Notes under the pieces: generated by a model | Told to the model about the DNA's origin: nothing | The model's database searches: none | The model's input: only the letters and a program-made list of their open reading frames with translations | NCBI GenBank assembly: GCA_964507055.1 | Contig: CAZDOJ010000001.1 | Span: 206,793-270,792, forward strand | From: an uncultured Gammaproteobacteria bacterium | Lineage (GTDB): Bacteria; Patescibacteriota; Microgenomatia; Levybacterales; UBA12049 | Length of the DNA stretch: 64,000 nt | Direction: 5' to 3' | In this document: positions 31,821 through 40,487 of the stretch, piece after piece | Position numbering within the stretch: the stretch's first letter is position 1 | How the letters are laid out: every line of letters begins with the position of its first letter | Made by a program: the position numbers and the translations under genes

Positions 31821-32888
31821 ATGGATATTCAGGAATTACTTACACTCACAATTAAGAACAAGGCATCCGATTTGCATTTGCTTGTTGGGTTGCCTCCGAC
31901 GTTTCGTATCGACGGTGCGTTGCGTTATCTGACGACATATCCCGCATTAAAGCCTGATGATCTTGAAACAATGATCTTTTCTCTTTTGACACCAGAGCAA
32001 AAGGAGATATTACTCTCCAATAAAGAATTAGACTTCTCCTTCGGTTATAAGGGCAAAACTGCAACAGATGTCGGACGTTTCCGTATTAATGCATACTTCC
32101 AAAAGGGTTCATTGTCAGCAGCTTTTCGTTTCCTTGCTCCTGGTGTTCGTACGTTGGAAGATCTTGGTTTGCCAAAGGTCGTTCATGACTTTGCCAAAAT
32201 GAAACAAGGTATGGTACTTGTAACCGGTCCAACAGGTCATGGAAAGTCGAGTACACTTGCTGCAATTATTAATGAAATTAACGTCAACAAATCTTGTCAC
32301 ATCCTGACAATTGAAGATCCTATCGAGTATGTCTATCCAAAGGGTAATAGTATTATCTCCCAGCGTGAAATGGGAATTGATACGCATTCTTGGGCACTTG
32401 CCCTTCGTTCATCGCTTCGTGAAGATCCAGACGTTGTGCTTATCGGAGAAATGCGTGATCCAGAAACAATGCAAGCCGCTATTACACTTGCTGAAACAGG
32501 CCATTTGGTTCTTTCGACATTACATACCAATTCAGCAGCACAAAGTATTGATCGTATCGTCGATGCTTTTTCGGCTGATCAACGCTCTCAAATCCGAATT
32601 CAACTTGCAGCGACACTTAAAGGAATCGTTTCTCAGCGTTTGATCCCAAAGATTGGTGGCGGTCGTGTCCCAGCAGTTGAAGTTCTTTTGGGGACGCCAG
32701 CTGTTTCAGCAAATATCCGGGATGGGAAATCTCATTTGATAGATTCAGTCATTCAGACTTCAAAAGACTTGGGTATGATTACTATTGATGAATCATTGGC
32801 CCAACTTGTAAAGAACGGTATTGTTACTATGGATGACGCGAAGGCATATGCTTTGCGTGAAACTGAATTGGCACGATTAGCCGGTTAA
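31821..32888 (+). CDS. pilT: twitching-motility retraction ATPase PilT
   Basis: Walker A GPTGHGKSST, shorter PilT/PilU-type N-terminus (ASDLHLLVG), His/Asp boxes; 355 aa without a Zn finger. Confidence 0.9.
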   Translation: MDIQELLTLTIKNKASDLHLLVGLPPTFRIDGALRYLTTYPALKPDDLETMIFSLLTPEQKEILLSNKELDFSFGYKGKTATDVGRFRINAYFQKGSLSAAFRFLAPGVRTLEDLGLPKVVHDFAKMKQGMVLVTGPTGHGKSSTLAAIINEINVNKSCHILTIEDPIEYVYPKGNSIISQREMGIDTHSWALALRSSLREDPDVVLIGEMRDPETMQAAITLAETGHLVLSTLHTNSAAQSIDRIVDAFSADQRSQIRIQLAATLKGIVSQRLIPKIGGGRVPAVEVLLGTPAVSANIRDGKSHLIDSVIQTSKDLGMITIDESLAQLVKNGIVTMDDAKAYALRETELARLAG

Positions 32889-32899
32889 ACAGAATATGT

Positions 32900-34105
32900 A
32901 TGAGACTTTATTACAGAGCAGTAACGCAAGACGGTAAGACAATTCGCGGCCTTATTGAAGCACGTGATATTAAAGAAGCTGCAACGTATCTGCGCAAGCA
33001 CCAACTTGTCCCAGTCAAAATTATCCCTGAAACCAAAACTGGTGTTGCAAAATATTTCCCTTTTTTGAGTAGAACCTCATCGAATGATCTGGTCTTTTTT
33101 ACGAGGCAGCTTTCTTCGATGATTACTTCTGGATTGACACTTATTCAGGCTTTAACCATTTTGAAAAATCAAATGCAAAGCTCTGCAATGACTGAGATTG
33201 TCCAAGCCATTATCTCTGATGTAGAAGATGGAAAGAATTTATCACATGCTTTATCGAAGCATCCACATACATTTTCTCCAATTTATATTGCATTGATCAA
33301 AACTGCTGAATCTTCAGGTCTTTTGGATAAAGTATTGCAACGGTTGGCTGATAATTTAGAAAAAGAACAGCGTTTACAACGAACTATTCGCGGTGCCCTT
33401 CTCTATCCGGTCATTATTTTAATTATGATGTTTGTTGTGACTATTGTGATGATGATTTTCGTTGTGCCACAACTCACAACTATGTATACCAATCTTAATC
33501 TCGAACTTCCAATCACAACACTTATCGTTATCGCGATGTCTGATTTTATTACCAATTATTGGTATATTGTGCTCACGATTATTGCGGCTTCAGCTTATGG
33601 TTTGCATAACTGGTATAAAAAGCCTGCGGGTCGAAAAACGGTTGATGGATATATGCTCAAAACTCCCGTCTTTGGTAAGCTGATGAGTCAAAGCATGATG
33701 GCAGAATTCACACGGACACTTTCTCTTCTTATTACATCAGGGTCGTTAGTTGTGGAATCTCTAAATAAAAGTGCAGACGTGGTCACCAATGTTTTATATA
33801 AAGATGCAATCAATCTTGTCGCCAAACGAGTTGAAAAAGGTATTGATATCGGTGATGCTATGGAAGCGAGTCCACTTTTCCCTCCAATGGTTATCGAAAT
33901 GGTCAAGATTGGCGAACAGACTGGTAAATTGGATGATTCATTGCTCAAAGCTTCAGAGTATTTTGAACGTGAAGTTGAAGAGTCTGTAAAAGTTATGACC
34001 ACACTGCTTGAACCAATTATCATGATTATTCTTGCTTTGGGTGTAGGGTTCTTGATTATTGCGATCATCACTCCGATCTACAATCTTATTTCTTCAATTA
34101 GTTAG
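32900..34105 (+). CDS. pilC: type IV pilus inner-membrane platform protein PilC (GspF family)
   Basis: Duplicated T2SF domain (conserved L..GLTLIQAL and L..G..L..SL segments), three TM helices; 401 aa. Confidence 0.9.
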   Translation: MRLYYRAVTQDGKTIRGLIEARDIKEAATYLRKHQLVPVKIIPETKTGVAKYFPFLSRTSSNDLVFFTRQLSSMITSGLTLIQALTILKNQMQSSAMTEIVQAIISDVEDGKNLSHALSKHPHTFSPIYIALIKTAESSGLLDKVLQRLADNLEKEQRLQRTIRGALLYPVIILIMMFVVTIVMMIFVVPQLTTMYTNLNLELPITTLIVIAMSDFITNYWYIVLTIIAASAYGLHNWYKKPAGRKTVDGYMLKTPVFGKLMSQSMMAEFTRTLSLLITSGSLVVESLNKSADVVTNVLYKDAINLVAKRVEKGIDIGDAMEASPLFPPMVIEMVKIGEQTGKLDDSLLKASEYFEREVEESVKVMTTLLEPIIMIILALGVGFLIIAIITPIYNLISSIS

Positions 34106-34487
34106 CAGGTTGCGTTTCTGAGAGGTATTTTTTAACCTGTTCAATAAGGTCTGCAGGTGTAATATCAGCCTTGATTAAAAATGCGGTAGCTCCTTTTTTC
34201 AACGCGTCTTGTACAAGCGGTTCGTGGTCGAGATTGGTAAGCATGAGAATTGGTCCATTAGGAACAGGTGGCGGGGTTGCCTTGAGTGCATCCATAACAC
34301 CGAGACCATCAATCTTTGGCATCATTATATCCAGAAGGATCATGTCGTAACCGCCTTTGAGGAGTTTATCGAGAGCTTCTTGTCCGTTCACAGCAGTATC
34401 GACATCAAATCCCTCAGTCTTGAGGACTTCTTCGTAGAGCTCCCGGATATACAAATCGTCATCAATAACGATAACTTTTTTTGCCAT
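34098..34487 (-). CDS. stand-alone response-regulator receiver domain (CheY-like)
   Basis: DD...D phospho-acceptor pattern (VIVIDDD ... ILLDIMMPKIDG ... K in LIKAD). No output domain. The internal ATG (MAKKVIV) is preferred. Confidence 0.8.
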   Translation of the reverse strand: MAKKVIVIDDDLYIRELYEEVLKTEGFDVDTAVNGQEALDKLLKGGYDMILLDIMMPKIDGLGVMDALKATPPPVPNGPILMLTNLDHEPLVQDALKKGATAFLIKADITPADLIEQVKKYLSETQPAN

Positions 34488-34632
34488 GTCAACCTGATTA
34501 TCAGGAAATCTGACATTAAAGTCAATAGGACAGTTAAAACGCACAGTTTTGAGGCTACTAATTCTAAGTCAATGTGTAGCGATGAGGTATATTGGTAATT
34601 CTTTTAACATGGTATACTTTACTGTATTTATG

Positions 34633-36021
34633 ATTTTAGACTTTCCCAATAAATTTAAATTTGGAGTGGCGGATGCTGATTTGCAAGTTATAGGAGAAAA
34701 GAATACGCGGCAATACGAAGATTCTGAGCCAACCATGTGGAACGATTTTGCTCGAACATCAGGTAAATGCTATCAAGATGAAACACCCGATATTGGTATA
34801 GATAGATATCATAAATGGCAAGATGATATTGAGATCATGAAAAAGATTGGTATAAAACACTATAGAACATCTGTTTCTATGTCACGTCTACTTACGCGAA
34901 ACGGCGATGTGAATACAAAAGCAGTGCAATGGTATAAGAAATACTTTCGTTCATTATCTCAAGCAGGAATCAAAATTTATGTCACTTTATATCATTGGGA
35001 ACTCCCACAATATCTGAACGAAAAAGGTGGATGGAAAAATAGAGCGACCATTAATGCTTTGCTTAATCATTCTCAATGTGTTGCGGAAAACCTCGGAGAA
35101 TTTATAGAAGAGTATTTCATTCTTAATGAACCAAGGTGCAGTTCTTTGGTAAGTTTCTATTTAGGTGCTCATCCTCCTGGTGAAACAAATTTAAAAAGTG
35201 CTTTACTCGCGGCACATAACTTACTCTTTGCTCAGGGGGTTATTGCAAATTCTCTGATTTCAAAGTACCCAAATATTAAACTTAGTACAGCTATAAATGT
35301 CGGCCCTCGTTATCCTGCTAGTCTTGATGCGAAAGATATTGATGCTGCAAAATTTGTTGATGGACAAAAGAATCTATGGTTTCTGGATCCAATTTTTCTT
35401 GGGAAATATCCAGAATATGTAGTAGATATATACGGCAAAAATATGCCTGAAGTTTCAAGAGAAGATATGGAAATAATCAAAATTGGAAATAAGCTTCATA
35501 GTCTAGGCCTAAACTATTATCGAGGAGACACAGTTAAATATAATTCTAAAAAAGATTTCAATGTGGAAATAATAACAAATAAAAAAGGAGTTTTTAATGG
35601 GTTAGGTTGGCCTGTCTATATGAAACCTCATTATCCTGAAGGATTTTACGATATTCTTTCGCAAGTATATTTCTCCTATAAAGACTACGGGCTAAAAAGA
35701 ATATATATTACTGAGAATGGAATGGCTGAAGAATCCTCATGGGATGGTAAAAGTAAGATTGTTAAAGATGAGAAGCGAGTATTCTATCTGCAGGAACATC
35801 TAAGGCAGATGCATGAAGCACTACATCGCGGAATACCAATCGAAGCATATTTTGCTTGGACTTTGATGGATAATTATGAATGGGCTGAAGGATATAAACC
35901 AAATTCTGCTTTTGGTCTAATTTATATTGATCGAAAAACACAAAAGCGCATATGGAAAGAGAGTGCACATTGGTATAGCAACTTAATTAAGTCAGAAAAA
36001 TTAAACTTAAAGTCTATTTAG
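34633..36021 (+). CDS. glycoside hydrolase family 1 beta-glucosidase/beta-galactosidase
   Basis: GH1 acid/base region LNEP (YFILNEPRC), nucleophile I-T-E-N-G (IYITENGMAEE), TLYHWELPQ. Start chosen at the internal ATG; the track start is a TTG. Confidence 0.8.
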   Translation: MLDFPNKFKFGVADADLQVIGEKNTRQYEDSEPTMWNDFARTSGKCYQDETPDIGIDRYHKWQDDIEIMKKIGIKHYRTSVSMSRLLTRNGDVNTKAVQWYKKYFRSLSQAGIKIYVTLYHWELPQYLNEKGGWKNRATINALLNHSQCVAENLGEFIEEYFILNEPRCSSLVSFYLGAHPPGETNLKSALLAAHNLLFAQGVIANSLISKYPNIKLSTAINVGPRYPASLDAKDIDAAKFVDGQKNLWFLDPIFLGKYPEYVVDIYGKNMPEVSREDMEIIKIGNKLHSLGLNYYRGDTVKYNSKKDFNVEIITNKKGVFNGLGWPVYMKPHYPEGFYDILSQVYFSYKDYGLKRIYITENGMAEESSWDGKSKIVKDEKRVFYLQEHLRQMHEALHRGIPIEAYFAWTLMDNYEWAEGYKPNSAFGLIYIDRKTQKRIWKESAHWYSNLIKSEKLNLKSI

Positions 36022-37261
36022 TACCTTCTATATCTTCCCAAGTTTGACTATTGGGTTGAGATATAAATTGTTGTTTCCCATTCTCTAGGATTACTTCCCA
36101 CTTCTTCATAATAAAAGGTAAAGCATTTACACGCTTTTCGTTATTTCCTGCCCAGTCATTAAGAGACTGCTCCAATATTTCTGGGCCTTGCATAAAGAAT
36201 ACAGCTGGAAGAATAGTTTCAGAATGTTCTTTACTTAAATCAGCGATTTGATGTACCCCCCAAACATATCGTTCTAGCTGTTTTGCTCGTGCCTCGACTG
36301 TAGCTGGACTATATCTCCATGTATATGCTTCCGTAGCAGTCTTTACTTGTTTGCCATCCACAATAGCATTTACCCCAAGTGCAAAATCATCTAATACGAC
36401 ATGAGGTATACCTACATCTTTAACCCATTTTGTATCCCAAGCCATTAAGGCTCCAATTACGACAAGATTTGATTTATTTGTATAACTTGGAAGTAACTCT
36501 CTTGGCGTCATACCCATAATTATCTCTTCAGTTTCTGTATGATCTTTATATCTACCTGATACAACAGCCGTCCCATCTTCTTCTTCAACAATACCTTTAT
36601 ACGCCTCTTTATATAGTTCTGCTATAGCTTTTGGTGTTGGAAAAGAGTTTGCATCGAGACACATACTAATTGGATGGTTATAATAATTTGCTACATCGTT
36701 TCCAATAGTTAAGGCATTTGTTTTTCCAGGCGTAGGAGTATTAATGTGAATAAAACGCATATTATCACTTTCTGTTACAGCATAGTTTTGATCAACTTGC
36801 TTGTCAGAAATATCCTCAGGTAAAATCCCTTCTCGAGATATTCTTTCCTGTACTGCTCCTTGCGTTTGCATGAAATTTCTAACAATTTGCTCACTTGCTC
36901 CACCATCAGTGCAACCATTTGTTACCAATATTATAACTACGTCAGCTTCTGATGGGATGTCTGCTAAAGCTAATGTACCTAATGTTGATTCAAGAAAATT
37001 CTTTTCATTATGAATTGGCATAATAATTGAAAAATGACTGTCCTTGGCTTTAATACCTGTCGTTCTTTCCCATTTATCATTCTGTTCCTCTTTTGCAATC
37101 ACCGCAATGTCTCTTTGACACACTTTTTCACCAGAGATTAATCGATTATTTATTCGATGTGTTACAGCTTGTAAAGAATGTTGCGTCTCTGTTAAGCTTG
37201 CCTCTTTCCATCCGGGAGGATTCTTAGAAAGAAAATATACTGGTGCTGTTTCTTTATTCAT
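36014..37261 (-). CDS. GT2-like glycosyltransferase-domain protein (divergent)
   Basis: N-terminal FSIIMPIHNEKNFLESTL ... VVIILVTNGCTDGG resembles the GT2 NDP-sugar-binding region. The C-terminal half is unassigned. Confidence 0.4.
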   Translation of the reverse strand: MNKETAPVYFLSKNPPGWKEASLTETQHSLQAVTHRINNRLISGEKVCQRDIAVIAKEEQNDKWERTTGIKAKDSHFSIIMPIHNEKNFLESTLGTLALADIPSEADVVIILVTNGCTDGGASEQIVRNFMQTQGAVQERISREGILPEDISDKQVDQNYAVTESDNMRFIHINTPTPGKTNALTIGNDVANYYNHPISMCLDANSFPTPKAIAELYKEAYKGIVEEEDGTAVVSGRYKDHTETEEIIMGMTPRELLPSYTNKSNLVVIGALMAWDTKWVKDVGIPHVVLDDFALGVNAIVDGKQVKTATEAYTWRYSPATVEARAKQLERYVWGVHQIADLSKEHSETILPAVFFMQGPEILEQSLNDWAGNNEKRVNALPFIMKKWEVILENGKQQFISQPNSQTWEDIEGTK

Positions 37262-37374
37262 ATTTTATTTGATTAAAATCTTTGTGAGAAATAGTATTTA
37301 TTACATCTGTAAGATACTGTTAAACAAGAACCCGCTCAATGTGTAACGGTGAGGTAATGTCTCAGAATTTTCAT

Positions 37375-37662
37375 TTATGTTATCGGTATATATAAACCGT
37401 AATAAGAGCTTTCATTTCTTTTTGGAAGCCCAAGTCTTATTCTATGTGCTGCCAAACTATTAATAAGCTCGCGTATTCTGTTTTGTCCTTTACTAATATA
37501 GATGTCATCAATATATTCATATCCCCTACTTGGAGATGTTTTCGGGCTTAATGTAGTATCAAAAATCATATTCGTGTGAATATACATATCGAACATTAGC
37601 ATTGTACTTTGGGTATTTGGGCTTTTCATTGACAGGTGAGTCAATGCTCTTTCTGAGTGCAT
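37375..37662 (-). CDS. small protein, paralog A of a three-member family (IFDTTLSP...RGYEYIDDIY...IRLGLPKRNESSYYGLYIP)
   Basis: Shares motifs with products 39100-39327 and 39345-39575. The true start is likely an internal Met (~75-80 aa). Divergent from the HTH/GAF gene. Confidence 0.45.
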   Translation of the reverse strand: MHSERALTHLSMKSPNTQSTMLMFDMYIHTNMIFDTTLSPKTSPSRGYEYIDDIYISKGQNRIRELINSLAAHRIRLGLPKRNESSYYGLYIPIT

Positions 37663-37704
37663 AAATTAGAATCTAAGTTGTAAGCAGATTATCTGCTTGT
37701 TATA

Positions 37705-38535
37705 ATGCAAAAAATGAATCACTTAGCGTCTGCGTTAAAAGATTACTATACGAAAAGAGACGGTAAGATTATTTTTATAAATAACTGTTCTCTTAATAGA
37801 CTCGCGTTATTGATGTGGGAAGAGCTTCATTTTAGTCAGATCGATGCGAGTGTCCTTTCCAAAGTAATTAACGGCAAAAGACTCTTTACAAATACACAGC
37901 TTGAGGCATTTTGCAAAGTATTAGATATCCCTTCAAAAGAAAAATCTTATTTGTTTTATTGCCTAAATCAAGATTATTGTGATCGATACAATATTTCTTT
38001 GGATGATTACTTCTTATCTAAGGATTCTGTTTTGGAGCTTTTGAGGAAATGTTTGAATGAAATGGTTCAGACGAAACCTATTTTTGATACCCAATTGCCG
38101 CAAATAATTGAATCATTTACGAAGAATATTACTGACACATCTATGAATAGTGTCTATGAAAAAAATGTTTTTGAAGTTCTTGGAACATCGTTATTCTTTA
38201 AGGCGAAACGATTAATTAATTTTAAGCACGGCTCGTTATATATTGCTGATGATGGTACGCTTGCTCGTGTATATGCTTCATCGCCTGTTTTATATAAAGT
38301 CTTTCCAAGACAAACCGGAACTACGATGAGTGTATACAAGCAACAACGTACCTTTACTTTTCCAGCGGATTATATACTGAATTTCCATCCTGAATTAAAT
38401 CAATTATCTATTGGCTCGGATTTGGTGATACCACTTATATACAAACAGAAGACATTTGGAGTTCTTTCGATGCTGTCGGATAAAGATACTACATTTACCA
38501 AAAAGGACATCACTACTCTACAAAATTATCTTTAG
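37705..38535 (+). CDS. putative regulator with weak HTH-like N-terminus and GAF-like C-terminal domain
   Basis: N-terminal ...SVLSKVINGKRLFTNTQLEAFCKVLDI (XRE-like helix pattern, weak). C-terminal ...GSLYIADDGTLARVYASS...VIPLIYKQKTFGVLSM (GAF-like). Confidence 0.35.
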   Translation: MQKMNHLASALKDYYTKRDGKIIFINNCSLNRLALLMWEELHFSQIDASVLSKVINGKRLFTNTQLEAFCKVLDIPSKEKSYLFYCLNQDYCDRYNISLDDYFLSKDSVLELLRKCLNEMVQTKPIFDTQLPQIIESFTKNITDTSMNSVYEKNVFEVLGTSLFFKAKRLINFKHGSLYIADDGTLARVYASSPVLYKVFPRQTGTTMSVYKQQRTFTFPADYILNFHPELNQLSIGSDLVIPLIYKQKTFGVLSMLSDKDTTFTKKDITTLQNYL

Positions 38536-38536
38536 T

Positions 38537-39103
38537 TTATTCTATGGACTCCGTAGCCAAACCTTTTTCCACAAGTTGTCGTATATAAACTGATTTTGGA
38601 AGATTTTTTTTCTTAGAGATGATATTAAGCTTATTTACCATCTCTGTCGGAAAAAGCACATTATACTTTTTATATTTCTGGATGGGATTACATACTAAAG
38701 CTTCCTTCAAAATCTTAAAAAGCGTTTCTTCAGTATATTCGTATATATAGATGTTTTTGTGTAGGTTCAATTGATCTGAAATTAAAACATCTGGTAAAGC
38801 ATCTTTTGATTTAAGCATAATAATCTCCTTTCCTTGTTGTATTGCATTGGATATCTCAAAACCAACATGTACGCTTGGAAATGTGCATTCTGCTATAACA
38901 ATATCGCACTTTCCTAATTTTTTATAAAAGGTATTAAAATATTCGTTTCTCTTCTCGGCTGTCCATGTAACAAGGGTGTTAGCTGTAACAGAAAGTGCAT
39001 GAGTCACAGTATGATCTGAAGATGTTAAAAAATCGATGATATGTGTTAATTCTTGTTTTCTTTGGACATCTATTTCAAGGGGTGCAAGAAAAGCAATTTT
39101 CAT
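38537..39103 (-). CDS. nucleoside 2-deoxyribosyltransferase-like (NDT/DNPH1/SLOG-like) domain fused to C-terminal ribbon-helix-helix DNA-binding domain
   Basis: N-terminal MKIAFLAPL...CDIVIAECTFPSVHVGFEISNA resembles the NDT/DNPH1 active-site D..G..FE.G.A pattern. C-terminal NVLFPTEMVNKLNIISKKKNLPKSVYIRQLVEKGL has an RHH (CopG-like) pattern. Overlaps upstream small paralog B by 4 nt. Confidence 0.45.
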   Translation of the reverse strand: MKIAFLAPLEIDVQRKQELTHIIDFLTSSDHTVTHALSVTANTLVTWTAEKRNEYFNTFYKKLGKCDIVIAECTFPSVHVGFEISNAIQQGKEIIMLKSKDALPDVLISDQLNLHKNIYIYEYTEETLFKILKEALVCNPIQKYKKYNVLFPTEMVNKLNIISKKKNLPKSVYIRQLVEKGLATESIE

Positions 39104-39327
39104 AAATTTGATTCCTTCATTGGGATATATAGTCCGTAGAATGAACTTTCATTTCTTTTCGGCATTCCTAGTCGGATTTCGTTTACTTCCAGAATTTGTA
39201 AAAATTCTCTTGAGCTGTGTCGTCGTTTATCAAGGTATATATCATCAACATATTCAAATCCCCTCTTTTGAGCAGTTGAAGGGCTCAATGTTGTATCAAA
39301 AATAGTATTTGTACTCAATATATTCAT
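39100..39327 (-). CDS. small protein, paralog B (75 aa)
   Basis: MNILSTNTIFDTTLSPSTAQKRGFEYVDDIYLDK...IRLGMPKRNESSFYGLYIP. Translationally coupled to the NDT-RHH gene. Confidence 0.5.
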   Translation of the reverse strand: MNILSTNTIFDTTLSPSTAQKRGFEYVDDIYLDKRRHSSREFLQILEVNEIRLGMPKRNESSFYGLYIPMKESNL

Positions 39328-39344
39328 CCTATTGGATTGTTATA

Positions 39345-39575
39345 TTATTTTTGTTTTGAGCAATACAAACCAAAATAATGTTTTGATGTTTTTTTCGGAG
39401 AACCTATTTTATATCCTTGAGTATTTGCGAATTCTAAAAGCTCTAGAAGTGTTTGGTATAAATTTGGAATATCTTCTATGTGCTGATAACCTTTTTTCAA
39501 TGCGTTTGAAGGAGTAAGCGATGCATCAATCACATCAAGTTCATTCTTTGCAATAATCTGTTCACAGAGACACAT
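39345..39575 (-). CDS. small protein, paralog C (76 aa, more divergent)
   Basis: Same motif order (..D.SLTPSNALKKGYQHIEDI....Y.IGSPKKTSKHYFGLY); sits between the XRE regulator and paralog B. Confidence 0.4.
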   Translation of the reverse strand: MCLCEQIIAKNELDVIDASLTPSNALKKGYQHIEDIPNLYQTLLELLEFANTQGYKIGSPKKTSKHYFGLYCSKQK

Positions 39576-39637
39576 ATCCTGTGAAATTTATATCAAAAGA
39601 ATTTATTTCTGTCAAGTATTTGATAACAAATAATTGA

Positions 39638-40438
39638 TTAAGATGAAAAAAGTTTCTCAGTATTCTTATCGGCAGGATGGTACATAACTAGTTGAAATCT
39701 AGGGTCATTTATAACCTTTGCTGTAGAGACGTGAAAGCTTAGTGTTTGATATTTACCATTATAAGTATCTTGCATCGTTTTATATTCATAATCAAATAGT
39801 TTTTTCCCATAGGTTTCTTGATTTACTTCTGGCCAGAGTTTTCTGAATTCCTCAAATTGCATCAAATCTTTAACCAGATTCTTGTACCATTTTTCATTTT
39901 GATATTGCTCATTTTCTCCTTTAAATGCGGCTATTTGTGCTATCGCAAATGATTTTAAACTATTTTGATCTTCACCTTTCTTAACAATTACAGAAAATTG
40001 TTCTTTAGGAAAAAAAGGAAATGATAAAAAGCTAGGCTTATTTTCGATGATCCATGATAATTGGTTTGGATTCATTTTTGCAGTAAAAAGAGTATGTTTA
40101 TTTGCATATAGCCATCGGAAGCTAAAATCCATTAAATAAGCCGGATATCTCCATGTATCAATTTTTTCTTTAGTTTCTTCTAAAATATTACTGATTTCTT
40201 GTTCTGTCGGTAAATATCCTCCAACGAGTAAAAAATGACCTTTTTCTTGATGTGTTAAATTTAAAGCATTGATAATTCTTTCGGCAGTATCTCTGTTGGG
40301 TTTTCCTACTCGTCCTTGCTCAATCTTTGAGAGACGGCTTGTGTCTTTCCAACCCAAACTTAGTGATAAATCAACTTGAGAAAGCCTTTTCCTTAGCCGA
40401 TAGTCTTTAATTAATCCTCCTAATGTTGCAGTCATCAT
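39638..40438 (-). CDS. XRE-family HTH transcriptional regulator with ~200-aa C-terminal domain
   Basis: N-terminal LGGLIKDYRLRKRLSQVDLSLSLGWKDTSRLSKIEQGRVGKP = canonical XRE helix-turn-helix; 266 aa. First gene of the minus-strand string XRE-C-B-NDT/RHH. Confidence 0.65.
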   Translation of the reverse strand: MMTATLGGLIKDYRLRKRLSQVDLSLSLGWKDTSRLSKIEQGRVGKPNRDTAERIINALNLTHQEKGHFLLVGGYLPTEQEISNILEETKEKIDTWRYPAYLMDFSFRWLYANKHTLFTAKMNPNQLSWIIENKPSFLSFPFFPKEQFSVIVKKGEDQNSLKSFAIAQIAAFKGENEQYQNEKWYKNLVKDLMQFEEFRKLWPEVNQETYGKKLFDYEYKTMQDTYNGKYQTLSFHVSTAKVINDPRFQLVMYHPADKNTEKLFSS

Positions 40439-40487
40439 ATAGCAGCATTATACCTTTTTATAGGTACAAGCACAAATTAAGTGTTTA

